From NCBI GenBank assembly GCA_965223975.1, contig OZ245031.1:2772145-2836144 (forward strand): a DNA stretch of 64,000 nt, read 5' to 3'. This DNA comes from Pseudomonadales bacterium (lineage in GTDB: Bacteria; Pseudomonadota; Gammaproteobacteria; Pseudomonadales; JBECKS01). Made by a program: the position numbers and the translations under genes. Under the pieces are notes generated by a model that worked only from the letters and a program-made list of their open reading frames with translations, was not told the origin of the DNA and did not search any database. Numbering within the stretch: position 1 is the first letter of the stretch; each line of letters starts with the position of its first letter. This document shows positions 1 through 9,102 of this stretch, one piece after another.

Positions 1-2
1 CA

Positions 3-74
3 GTTGCGCTGGTTGTTTATTATCACTTCAACGTCGCACAAGTGCTCGATCAAATAGCAAAAGCGGTTAATTAA
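3..74 (+). CDS. 3' end of an upstream CDS entering from the window edge (C-terminus VALVVYYHFNVAQVLDQIAKAVN*). Possibly the membrane-anchor end of a TssL/DotU-type protein, judged only from its position directly before tssM
   Basis: My own translation. The frame is open from the window edge to TAA at 72-74 and the tail is hydrophobic. The function is a positional guess only. Confidence 0.3.
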   Translation, partial: VALVVYYHFNVAQVLDQIAKAVN

Positions 75-92
75 AGGTAAATAGCAAACGCC

Positions 93-3000
93 ATGTTAAA
101 AAAGTTTCTCAAATTCCTTATGTACGCTCTGATCATAGCGCTGATATCCGGCTTGGTCATAGCTGTCTTTATTCTTCTTGGTCGCCCGGTAGAACAAGCA
201 TTTATAGTGCTTGGAGCATTGTTTGGTGTCTACTTTAGTTATCTGATTGGTCGAAAGCTTTATGTCAGATGGCGAGCAAGGAGTCAGGTTAAACGAGTCA
301 TAAATGAGGGACACCCTGATGAAGAAGATGACCTTGGTATGACTCCAAAGGAGCTTATAGGTTCCCTAAAATCTGGATGGCGTAGTGCAATTGGTAGCAT
401 CAAAAAATCTAATTTGAGATTAAAAGGTGATCCTTTATACGTTCTGCCTTGGTACATGGTTATTGGTAAGCCTCGTTCCGGTAAAAGTACTGCTTTAAAA
501 AATGCCAAACTGTTATTGCCTGATATTGATATCCCTAAACAGGGTGAGGGCTCTACCTTAAACTTAGATTGGTGGTTGTATGAGCAGGCGATTGTTTTGG
601 ATACAGCCGGTCGCTATGCGGTTCCAGATAATACCAAGCGAGATAAAAAAGAGTGGGGCACTTTGTTGTCAATGCTCTCTAGGCATAAACAAAAAGAGCC
701 GATCAATGGCGTTGTCCTAGTCATCGCAGCCAATCGTCTCCTTGAAAACACAGAAGACGAGTTGATGGAAGAGGGGCGACAAGTTCGCGCTAGTATCAAT
801 GAGTTAATGGAAAAACTGGAAGTTAAAGTTCCTGTTTATTTGATGATCACTAAGTGTGATTTGATCGAAGGCTTTAAAGATTGGTCTGATTATTTGCCTG
901 AAGAGTCGACCTTGCAAGCGATGGGGCATTTGCACGAGGGCGAATTATTAAATCTCGACGCGCACCTTGACAATATTTTCGACAGTATCGTCGATAGAAT
1001 GAAGGAACTGCGTATTTTAATGCTCGAGCGCAGCCAGTCACACAATGATACCTTGTTAACCCTTCCTTCCAAGCTAGAAGGTCTACGACGCGGTTTGCAT
1101 ATTTTTATAGGAACCGCATTAAAAGAAAATCCTTACCAAGATACCCCTCGATTTCGTGGATTGTTCCTAAGCTCAAGCCAATATATCAGTGATGACAAAG
1201 GTGAATTGGAAAGCCGCGGTTTGTTCCTACATGAGTTTTTCTCACGAGTGTTACCAGCTGATCGAGACCTGTTAGACAGTTTACCGAGTGCGGAACGGTT
1301 AAGGCGTGCTGTCAGGGAGTATGCCATCAGTATTGGTGGTGGAGTCACACTATTAACTCTGGCTGTTATCAGTATTCTTTTCGGCAGAGATATGGCTACC
1401 TTAAATGACATTGCCGACTCTTATCCCGAGATAAATATCGAAAAGCAAGACGTTAACCAGCGATTGATTGAGCTTTATACCCTGCGATCACTTATTCTCG
1501 ATCTGCAAGAGGCGCAAGACGAGTGGATTATTCCTTGGTACGGCAGGCTAGGTTATACACCTCAAGTACAACAGTTAACAGCAAGTTATAATGGCTCGGT
1601 TCAGGAGATTCTCAATGAGGCTTTGGATGAACCTTTGGCTAAAAATATGATCGATTTGCAAAGTAGCACAAGCAGTATTGCCGGAGGGTTGATTCGCCGC
1701 ATTAACTTACTTTCTACCCGATTGGACCCAGAACAAGAGGAGAGTTTAGAAGACAAGCCGCCGATCTCACCAGAGTACTTGGTGAGCGTTAACGAGGAGA
1801 TTTCTCAAGAGTCGGCTGGGTACTTCCAAGAATTGTATGTCTCATACCTGCAATGGCATAACAACGAAAGTGAACTGTTAGAAGAAAGAGCTGCTCTTCA
1901 GGGTGCTTTCGTGACGCTGATTAAACGTAATCACGGTAATTACAGCTGGATTATTGACTGGGCGAATCAACAGGGCATTCAACCGGTTGTTTTAAGTGAT
2001 TTCTGGCCAGGATCAATTAAGTTAAGAGATGCTCCCGAGATTGATGCTGCCTTTACTAAGGAAGGTCGAGAGTTCCTTAATGAATTTCTTGCAGAGTTAG
2101 AAGAAGCTAATGATGATGCCAGTCGCCTTTCAATGGTTAAGTCTGATTTCGAAGAATATTATAGGCGCGAATACGTTGAGGCGTGGGTAGCCTTTGCCGA
2201 GCGTTTTGATGAAGGTAAGTTGCAGTTGCGCAATCGTAAGGAGTGGTTGACCGCAGTGGATATAATGTCCAGCAGAGAAAACCCTTACTTTACCTTTATG
2301 GGACGCATGGTTCGTGAATTAGAACCATTAGAGCATTACGATGAGCTAGAAGGCTCGGTTATGTTTGAGTTCTTTTTAGAGGTGCAAGCATTTACAGGCG
2401 CCGACGTCGACTCGGGTGGAAGTAATAAGCAAGCCGCTAAGATGGGGCTTAAGCTCCTTGGTAAAATGGGTAAGGTTGGTAAGGCGCTTGCAAAAGCCGG
2501 CAAGCAGGGCATGAAAGCCAATAAAAAACTCAACAAGGGTAAGAAGAAAGGCGGTGTCGACTTAGATTCAGGTATTGTCGATGAGGCTTCAGCTGTTTTA
2601 GATGAGTATAAAGCAGCTTTGTCTGATGCCGCATTTAATTCCGAGGCTAAGTCTCAGTCTTACAGCTCTATCAGTACTTTGTTTGAAACGCCTGATAATC
2701 CAGGTGGTGGCAATGGACCACCCGCAGCGGCTTGGAATGCGATTAAAAAAATGCAGCAGCTGACGGGTAAACCTCGGCCTAGCACGCGCTTATTTTGGCA
2801 GCTTTACTCAGGACCGCTTAGTGTCGTTCATGATTACATGGAGCAAGAGACCAACTGTCAGCTACAGGATCGCTGGGAATCTGAAGTATTGGCCGAAGTG
2901 GTCGGTGTGTCTCAGAACAAGCTGGGAGAAGTTTTGATTGGCGAAGGTGGATTGGTGTGGAACTTTGTCGAAAATACTGCTTCGCCATTCTTAAATAAAC

Positions 3001-3551
3001 GGGTAAAAACTGGGTATGTTCCAGCGACCGCAAATAAACGCCGGATCAACTGGAGCGATGACTTTTTAGGATTCCTAAATGAAGCCGCCTCTGGCCAATA
3101 CATTGTCGGTAATGAGTTTAATGTCCAAATTAACACTCTGCCAACAGGCGTCAATATAAACGCGGCTATCTCGCCTTATGCAACCTTTTTAGAGTTGCAC
3201 TGTGCCGGTGGTATTCAAACACTGTCTAACTTTAACTACTCCGACGGCTATGACTTTAAATGGTCTTTGGAAGAGTGTGGAGACGTATCTTTACAGATTG
3301 ACATCGGACCGGTCAGCCTGCGTAAACACTACCGTGGAGTTAAGGGATTTAGTAAGTTCTTAGCGGACTTCCAAGATGGGCGACGGATCTTTACCGCAGA
3401 TGAATTTCCTAACCAAGCATCACAACTTAGCAATGAAAATGTGACGGCTATTGACGTCAACTATGAAATCTTTGGGCAAGAGCCTGTTATTCAGGTTCTC
3501 AATTCGGTGCCACTTGAGCCACCGAGAAACATAGCAGCCTGTTGGCCATAA
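93..3551 (+). CDS. tssM: T6SS membrane-complex protein TssM (IcmF family)
   Basis: 1152 aa. Two N-terminal TM helices, Walker A motif VIGKPRSGKST, a third TM near residues 415-435 (AISIGGGVTLLTLAVISILFG), then a long periplasmic IcmF-type region. Lies directly upstream of the sheath, hcp and baseplate genes. Confidence 0.9.
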   Translation: MLKKFLKFLMYALIIALISGLVIAVFILLGRPVEQAFIVLGALFGVYFSYLIGRKLYVRWRARSQVKRVINEGHPDEEDDLGMTPKELIGSLKSGWRSAIGSIKKSNLRLKGDPLYVLPWYMVIGKPRSGKSTALKNAKLLLPDIDIPKQGEGSTLNLDWWLYEQAIVLDTAGRYAVPDNTKRDKKEWGTLLSMLSRHKQKEPINGVVLVIAANRLLENTEDELMEEGRQVRASINELMEKLEVKVPVYLMITKCDLIEGFKDWSDYLPEESTLQAMGHLHEGELLNLDAHLDNIFDSIVDRMKELRILMLERSQSHNDTLLTLPSKLEGLRRGLHIFIGTALKENPYQDTPRFRGLFLSSSQYISDDKGELESRGLFLHEFFSRVLPADRDLLDSLPSAERLRRAVREYAISIGGGVTLLTLAVISILFGRDMATLNDIADSYPEINIEKQDVNQRLIELYTLRSLILDLQEAQDEWIIPWYGRLGYTPQVQQLTASYNGSVQEILNEALDEPLAKNMIDLQSSTSSIAGGLIRRINLLSTRLDPEQEESLEDKPPISPEYLVSVNEEISQESAGYFQELYVSYLQWHNNESELLEERAALQGAFVTLIKRNHGNYSWIIDWANQQGIQPVVLSDFWPGSIKLRDAPEIDAAFTKEGREFLNEFLAELEEANDDASRLSMVKSDFEEYYRREYVEAWVAFAERFDEGKLQLRNRKEWLTAVDIMSSRENPYFTFMGRMVRELEPLEHYDELEGSVMFEFFLEVQAFTGADVDSGGSNKQAAKMGLKLLGKMGKVGKALAKAGKQGMKANKKLNKGKKKGGVDLDSGIVDEASAVLDEYKAALSDAAFNSEAKSQSYSSISTLFETPDNPGGGNGPPAAAWNAIKKMQQLTGKPRPSTRLFWQLYSGPLSVVHDYMEQETNCQLQDRWESEVLAEVVGVSQNKLGEVLIGEGGLVWNFVENTASPFLNKRVKTGYVPATANKRRINWSDDFLGFLNEAASGQYIVGNEFNVQINTLPTGVNINAAISPYATFLELHCAGGIQTLSNFNYSDGYDFKWSLEECGDVSLQIDIGPVSLRKHYRGVKGFSKFLADFQDGRRIFTADEFPNQASQLSNENVTAIDVNYEIFGQEPVIQVLNSVPLEPPRNIAACWP

Positions 3552-3578
3552 GAGCGGTAGTTTTTAAGAGGAAATATT

Positions 3579-5354
3579 GTGGCAGATGATGTTCAACAAT
3601 TAGAAAGAGTTCGAATGATCTACAATTCGAGCGGCCCAAATGGGGACGAAGAGGTAGAATTACCTTTTCGTATCCTTGTGTTGGGCGATTTTACGAGCAA
3701 TGAGGCCTCAGAATACCTAGACCAACAGATGCCAGAAAACATTACCGAGGGTAACTTTAATTCGGTAATGAGAAAGCTTTCACCAGAATTGAACTTACAA
3801 GTTGATAACAAGCTATCGGAAAGTTCTGATCAGCCCTTCGTTTGCGAATTTGCGTTTCATTCCCTGAACGATTTCAGCCCCGAATATTTCATTAAACAGT
3901 CACCTGAGCTGCGTATCCTATGTGAACTTCGTCAGCAACTGATTGATATACGAGCTGATAACTCAGAGGTGTCATTAGATCGTTTCTTTGGTGGCGAAGT
4001 GGGTGGCTCTGTAGCCAGTGAGTTTTTGCTCAGCATGGGCATTAACGAAGGTGAAACAATTGACGAAGTGCTGCTCGATTCAAGTACCACTGAGCTAGAC
4101 GAATGTTTAAGCCGTCAGGTGGACGCTATTCTTCATCATCCGAAATTTCAAGCACTCGAATCAGCGTGGAGAAGTTTGCACTTTTTGGTATCTAGAGTGA
4201 ACTTCGAAGAAAATATTTTGGTAGAAATTTTAAATATCTCAAAGCAAGGCTTAGCCGAAAACTTTGAAGACGTTCCCGAAACTATTCAATCTGAGCTTTA
4301 TAAGATTATTTACAGTGAAGAATTTGGTCAATTTGGAGGTCGCCCTTATAGTTGTATGGTGGCCAATTATATTTTCTCACCGTCTGCTCCCGATATTTGG
4401 CTGCTCCAACAAATAGCGAGTGTCGCGGCCATGTCTCATTCGCCTTTTCTAGCGGCTGCTGGCCCTGAGTTTTTTGATATCGACAGTTTTTCTGGGCTCG
4501 CACGCTTACGCGATTTATCAGCAAACTTTGAGCAGCCTCGATTTGCTAAATGGAATAGCTTCCGAGAGAGTGAAGATGCACGTTACGTTTCCTTGTCTTT
4601 GCCAGGCTTTAAGCTTAGGAGTGATTATGGAAGCGATGGTAATCGAATCGGTGTCTTTGACTACCAAGAAAGAACATCCAAGAAAACCAAAGGTCTTTGG
4701 GGAAACGCGGCATTTGCATTCTGTTCTCGGCTAGTTGATAGCTTTGCTAAAACCCGCTGGTGCGTAAATGTGGTGGGTAAAGAGTATGGCAAGGTCGAAG
4801 GGCTACATATGTCCGAAGGTGGTGGCACAGCCACCTCAGATCGAAAAATTCCGACAGAGATATTAATTTCTGACAAGCGCGAAACGGAATTGGTTCGTTG
4901 GGGCTTTGTGCCTCTAACGGTCCATAAAGGCGATGATAGCGCGGCTTTTTACTCAGCGAACTCTGTTCAAGCTATTAAAGAGTTTCCAGATACGCCAGCT
5001 GGAAAGCAGTCTGCTATGAATCACCATTTGGGGTCGCAACTATCCTATTTATTTATTATTTCCAGATTGTCTCATTACATAAAAATGATGCAGAGAGAGC
5101 ATATAGGGTCTTGGAAAAATCGACATGACATCGAGCGTGAGTTGAGCGATTGGATTCGTCAGTATGTTGCAGACATGGATAACCCGACAGCGGGTGTTAG
5201 AGCACGTAGACCTTTAAGACATGCCAAAATTGCTGTTGAAGAGATAGAGGGTAAGGCAGGTTGGTACTTGATCGCCATGGCCGTTACGCCACACCTTAAG
5301 TACATGGGTTCTTACTTTACCTTAAAAGAAACTGGAAAGTTGGACAAAAATTAA
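3579..5354 (+). CDS. tssBC: T6SS contractile sheath protein, an apparent single-chain TssB-TssC fusion
   Basis: 591 aa, GTG start preceded by AAGAGG. Residues 1-125 follow the TssB/VipA pattern (ERVRMIYNSSGPNGDEEVELPFRILVLGDFTS; NFNSVMRKL; FHSLNDFSPEYFIKQSPELRILCELRQQL). Residues ~175-591 follow the TssC/VipB pattern (QVDAILHHPKFQALESAWRSLHFLV, then about 400 aa). The ORF is uninterrupted. Confidence 0.85.
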   Translation: MADDVQQLERVRMIYNSSGPNGDEEVELPFRILVLGDFTSNEASEYLDQQMPENITEGNFNSVMRKLSPELNLQVDNKLSESSDQPFVCEFAFHSLNDFSPEYFIKQSPELRILCELRQQLIDIRADNSEVSLDRFFGGEVGGSVASEFLLSMGINEGETIDEVLLDSSTTELDECLSRQVDAILHHPKFQALESAWRSLHFLVSRVNFEENILVEILNISKQGLAENFEDVPETIQSELYKIIYSEEFGQFGGRPYSCMVANYIFSPSAPDIWLLQQIASVAAMSHSPFLAAAGPEFFDIDSFSGLARLRDLSANFEQPRFAKWNSFRESEDARYVSLSLPGFKLRSDYGSDGNRIGVFDYQERTSKKTKGLWGNAAFAFCSRLVDSFAKTRWCVNVVGKEYGKVEGLHMSEGGGTATSDRKIPTEILISDKRETELVRWGFVPLTVHKGDDSAAFYSANSVQAIKEFPDTPAGKQSAMNHHLGSQLSYLFIISRLSHYIKMMQREHIGSWKNRHDIERELSDWIRQYVADMDNPTAGVRARRPLRHAKIAVEEIEGKAGWYLIAMAVTPHLKYMGSYFTLKETGKLDKN

Positions 5355-5367
5355 AATATGCAATGCA

Positions 5368-5408
5368 TAGTACGAATGCGTATAACGAATGCCTAGTACG
5401 AATGCGTA
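5368..5408. repeat. Three 13-bp-spaced copies of ACGAATGC. The outer two are identical 15-mers TAGTACGAATGCGTA, each containing the near-palindrome TACGAATGCGTA. Located in the tssBC-hcp intergenic region
   Basis: Read directly. TACGAATGCGTA occurs at 5371-5382 and 5397-5408. A degenerate copy AACGAATGCC lies at 5384-5393. The hcp ATG is at 5441 with RBS AGAGGA. Confidence 0.7.
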
Positions 5409-5440
5409 GTAAGGTAGCTTGCTGATTAGAGGAATAAAAT

Positions 5441-5926
5441 ATGCCAATACCCTGCCATTTAAGCATCGTCGGTGAACTTCAGGGTGATATCGAGGGTGAT
5501 TGTGAGTTTGAAGGCCGCGAGGGGACTATACTGGTTCAATCTGTCGATCATGTTGTAGAGATTCCAACCGATAGCCGTGGCGCGTCTACCGGGCGTCGTG
5601 TTCATCGCCCCTTAACGGTGACCAAAGAAATTGATTCATCGACACCGATGTTATACCAAGCCTTGTGCACAGGAGAACGTTTAACTGAAGTGACTCTAGA
5701 TTGGTATCGTATCGATGAGAGCGGCCTCGAGGAGCTTTACTACGTCGTCTATATGGAGAATGTCATTATTAATAGAGTTCGCCCCTGGATGCCCAATGCG
5801 CTTGATGGAAACAACTCTGGTATGAGGCATATGGAAGACGTTTCTTTTACCTATGAAAAGATCCGTTGGACTTGGGAGCTTGACGGTATTGAGTATGAAG
5901 ATGCTTGGGGAGAGATGTTCGAGTAA
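5441..5926 (+). CDS. hcp: T6SS inner tube protein Hcp (TssD)
   Basis: 161 aa. Hcp-family pattern (HRPLTVTKEIDSSTPMLYQALCTGERLTEVTLDWYR) and typical size. Good RBS. Positioned between the sheath gene and tssE. Confidence 0.9.
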   Translation: MPIPCHLSIVGELQGDIEGDCEFEGREGTILVQSVDHVVEIPTDSRGASTGRRVHRPLTVTKEIDSSTPMLYQALCTGERLTEVTLDWYRIDESGLEELYYVVYMENVIINRVRPWMPNALDGNNSGMRHMEDVSFTYEKIRWTWELDGIEYEDAWGEMFE

Positions 5927-5931
5927 GCCTT

Positions 5932-6354
5932 ATGTCTACGGAACGCCTATTAAAAAGAATTCGCACCTGGAGTGAAAATGAGGATGCTTCTAGCGAAGTT
6001 GATCTAGAAGCTTTTATAAACTCCGTGCTCGCTGATTTGGAAAAGGTGTACAACACCAGACAAGGTACGGTGGTAACCGATGAAAAGTTTGGCCTTCCTG
6101 ATTTCACCAGTTTAATGAATACAATGTCACCACCAGAAATCGAGGATTTAGGCGACAACATAGAAGATGCAACGATGAACTATGATCAACGAATTAAGAA
6201 TGCTATTTCGCGTTATCAAAAGCGAGAGGATGATATGGGCGTGGTTAGGTTTTCTATTACCGCTAAGCTTCAATTTCGAGATCAATTAATTCCTTTAAGT
6301 TATGACGCATTGCTACAGGGTGACGGTAGCGTAAGTATAAATCGAGCGTCTTAA
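5932..6354 (+). CDS. tssE: T6SS baseplate protein TssE (gp25-like)
   Basis: MSTERLLKRIR...SVLADLEKVYNTRQGT matches the TssE/GPW-gp25 pattern. The ORF track begins at a TTG at 5905 inside hcp. I prefer the in-frame ATG at 5932, just after the hcp stop. Confidence 0.85.
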   Translation: MSTERLLKRIRTWSENEDASSEVDLEAFINSVLADLEKVYNTRQGTVVTDEKFGLPDFTSLMNTMSPPEIEDLGDNIEDATMNYDQRIKNAISRYQKREDDMGVVRFSITAKLQFRDQLIPLSYDALLQGDGSVSINRAS

Positions 6355-6370
6355 AGGGGTGGGGCACTGA

Positions 6371-8104
6371 ATGAATACTGAAAAATATCAAAATGAATTA
6401 AACAATCTGAGAGAGTTAGCCGTTGAGTTTGCAGAAAAGCACCCGGCCTTAGCGCCTCAACTCAGTGGTCCTAGCCCCGATCCTGATGTCGAACGCATTT
6501 TGGAGGGGGTCGCGTTTTTAACTGGTAATATTCGTCAACAGCTCGACGATGATTTTCCGGAGTTTGCTCAAGGCTTGATGCAAATGATTTTCCCACATTA
6601 TTTGCGACCATTGCCTTCGGCTACCATTATGGAGTTCAATCCCAAAAGCATTTTAAAAACCGCTTTAAATATCCCTAAAGGGACCATGATTGATTCGAAA
6701 GAAGTCGAAGGAGCTAGTTGTCGTTTTGGGACTTGTTATGATGTGGATATCGCTCCGGTTACCTTGTCAAACGTTTCTGTTAAAGAAGAAGGTGCAGGCA
6801 AGAAAGCGATTGAGTTAAATGTTAACTTAAACGGCATCGAGCTTCATGACTGGATTGATGATAGTCTAATTTTTTACTTAGGTGGTGACTTTGTTGGTGC
6901 CAGCGAACTGTTCTATCTTCTGAATCATCATTTATCGGGTATTGATTTAATAAGTAATGAAAGGCGCGTTGTACAGCTGGCGTCTTCATCGCTAGAGGCG
7001 ATTGGCTTCGATCGCGATAGCTCTATGATTCCTTTCCCAAAAAATGGATTTCCTGCGTATCGCATGGTTCAGGAATATTTTTTGTTTAAAGAAAAGTTCA
7101 TGTTCTTAAAAATTAAGGATTTAAAGAACTTTGAGACTAAGAGCCATTTTACACTTCGCTTTAATTTGACTGAGGTGAATATTAAACTCCCTCGAATCAG
7201 CGATGAGCGTTTTGTGCTCCACGCAACGCCTGCAATAAATTTGTTTGAAAAAAACGCAGAACCGATTAAATTGGATCTTCGTCATAGCGATATTAGAATT
7301 AAACCCGCTCAGAGCCGATCTAAGGGCGTGGAGTCGCAAGATCAGGTCTACTCCGTTGATTCGGTCATTGGGCATAATCGCAGGGCAGCAAAGGAGACTG
7401 AATATCACCCAATAGGTCTATTTCGTTCTCCCTTCGAAGATGAACCTGTTTCTCAAGTCACGTTTAAAACCAACGACGAAAGTGACGAAGTAGAGCCATA
7501 TGTGAGTATCCATTATCCCCCCGATTATGAATTTCAAGGATCAGAGACTTTATCTATTAAGCTCACCTGTACCAACGGGCATCTACCTTCTCAATTAAGA
7601 CCAGGCGATATATCCAGACCAACCAGCAGCACCTCTGACTTAGTCGAGTTTAAAAATATTAGCCGTCCGACAGCATTGCAACAACCACCCATGGATAGTG
7701 GCTTGTTATGGCGCTTGCTCTCTCACTTATCCCTCAACTATTTGTCCATAGCCGATGCTGAAAATTTAAAGGCCTTGTTAAACCTTTATATTTTCCCAAA
7801 TGGGAGTTCTGCCTTAGAAGAATCAATGAACCGAAAGCGCGTACAAGGCATTGTTGAAGTAGATGTTGTACCCGCAAACCGACTGGTAAAAGGATCATTA
7901 CTTCGCGGCCAAGATATTCGAATCAACCTAGACGGTAGTCATTATGCTAGTGTTGGCGATCTATATTTGTTTGCGACTTTACTTGAACAACTCTTTAATA
8001 GCTTTGCCAGCTTAAACTGTTATACAGCCACTCAGGTGACCGATGTTCATACGGGAGTTGAATATTCTTGGCCCGCGCGCATGGGAGGCAAACCATTAAT
8101 ATAG
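6371..8104 (+). CDS. tssF: T6SS baseplate protein TssF
   Basis: 577 aa. N-terminus YQNELNNLRELAVEFAEKHPALAPQL...DPDVERILEGVAFLTGNIRQQLDDDFPEF...PHYLRPLPS is the classic TssF signature. Confidence 0.9.
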   Translation: MNTEKYQNELNNLRELAVEFAEKHPALAPQLSGPSPDPDVERILEGVAFLTGNIRQQLDDDFPEFAQGLMQMIFPHYLRPLPSATIMEFNPKSILKTALNIPKGTMIDSKEVEGASCRFGTCYDVDIAPVTLSNVSVKEEGAGKKAIELNVNLNGIELHDWIDDSLIFYLGGDFVGASELFYLLNHHLSGIDLISNERRVVQLASSSLEAIGFDRDSSMIPFPKNGFPAYRMVQEYFLFKEKFMFLKIKDLKNFETKSHFTLRFNLTEVNIKLPRISDERFVLHATPAINLFEKNAEPIKLDLRHSDIRIKPAQSRSKGVESQDQVYSVDSVIGHNRRAAKETEYHPIGLFRSPFEDEPVSQVTFKTNDESDEVEPYVSIHYPPDYEFQGSETLSIKLTCTNGHLPSQLRPGDISRPTSSTSDLVEFKNISRPTALQQPPMDSGLLWRLLSHLSLNYLSIADAENLKALLNLYIFPNGSSALEESMNRKRVQGIVEVDVVPANRLVKGSLLRGQDIRINLDGSHYASVGDLYLFATLLEQLFNSFASLNCYTATQVTDVHTGVEYSWPARMGGKPLI

Positions 8105-9072
8105 AAGAGGAGCTATACGAATACGGCGAAGATTTTGATTTCTTCCAAGCCGTAAGACTTTTATCTCGTTTGCAAGTGCAAGCGGGAGAAGCCTCTTCGA
8201 CCTCAGAAGCCTTAAAAAAATTAAGAATTCACCCAGAGCTTAGTCTTGATTATCCAGATAGTGCCATAAGTTCTATCGAAGAAGATGAAAAAGGTGGTGC
8301 GGAGATAGTTACGACCTTTATGGGACTGTATGGTATTTCTTCCCCATTGCCTAATTTTTATACCGAAGAGCTTTTAGATGAAGAGTGGCATGAGCAAAAT
8401 GCCTCTAAAGACTTTTTAGATATCATTCATCATCATCTTTACCCTGTGCTTTTTGAAGCCTGGGAGAAGTATCGCTTTGGCTATCAAGCTGTAGAGCAAA
8501 AAAACCATAAGTATTGGGACGTATTATTTAGTTTGATAGGGCTTTCGGATCAAGAATTTAGAAGTCTAGCTAAAATGCCTGAGCGCTTTTTACCGTACCT
8601 TGGGATGCTTGCTCAGAGGCAAAAATCTGCCTTAGGATTGGAAACTATATTAAAAAATGTATTGAGTACCGATCTTATTGAAATCGAATCCAGTGTTTTG
8701 CGGCAGGTGCCGATACCGAAGGAGCAATTTTGTCGTTTAGGTGGAGCGCAACTGGGAGAGACCTCGGTTATTGGTGATAGCATAGAAGACCGCATGGGGT
8801 GTGCTCATATTCATATTGAAGGTATTACCCAGGAAAAATTTCACCAATTTTTGAATGACAAAGAGTTTATAGAATTCATTTGGCTGCTAATGGACTTTTA
8901 CTTAATAGAGCCAATCGAAATTGAACTCATTTTACATCTAACTGATGATACCGTTAAACCAGCTGTTTTAGGCCTAGGTGCCTGGTCCTCGTTAGGAAAA
9001 GACACTTGGTTGGACGGAAATCATCAACAGGTCACGCGAGTTGTATTAAGTCGTGAAGATTGTTTGCACTAA
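8068..9072 (+). CDS. tssG: T6SS baseplate protein TssG
   Basis: Has the FDFFQAVRLL motif near the N-terminus, typical size and position after tssF. The only in-frame start upstream of the motif is TTG at 8068, which overlaps tssF by 37 nt, so the start is uncertain. Confidence 0.85.
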   Translation: MARAHGRQTINIEEELYEYGEDFDFFQAVRLLSRLQVQAGEASSTSEALKKLRIHPELSLDYPDSAISSIEEDEKGGAEIVTTFMGLYGISSPLPNFYTEELLDEEWHEQNASKDFLDIIHHHLYPVLFEAWEKYRFGYQAVEQKNHKYWDVLFSLIGLSDQEFRSLAKMPERFLPYLGMLAQRQKSALGLETILKNVLSTDLIEIESSVLRQVPIPKEQFCRLGGAQLGETSVIGDSIEDRMGCAHIHIEGITQEKFHQFLNDKEFIEFIWLLMDFYLIEPIEIELILHLTDDTVKPAVLGLGAWSSLGKDTWLDGNHQQVTRVVLSREDCLH

Positions 9073-9102
9073 ATATAGAATCAGGCTATTTGGGTTAATC
9101 TT

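Noticed and set aside
5405-5440. Possible sigma-54 promoter upstream of hcp (GGTAGCTTGCTG)
   Set aside because: The GG and GC dinucleotides are 8 nt apart rather than the 12-nt register required by the TGGCAC-N5-TTGC consensus. Not supported.
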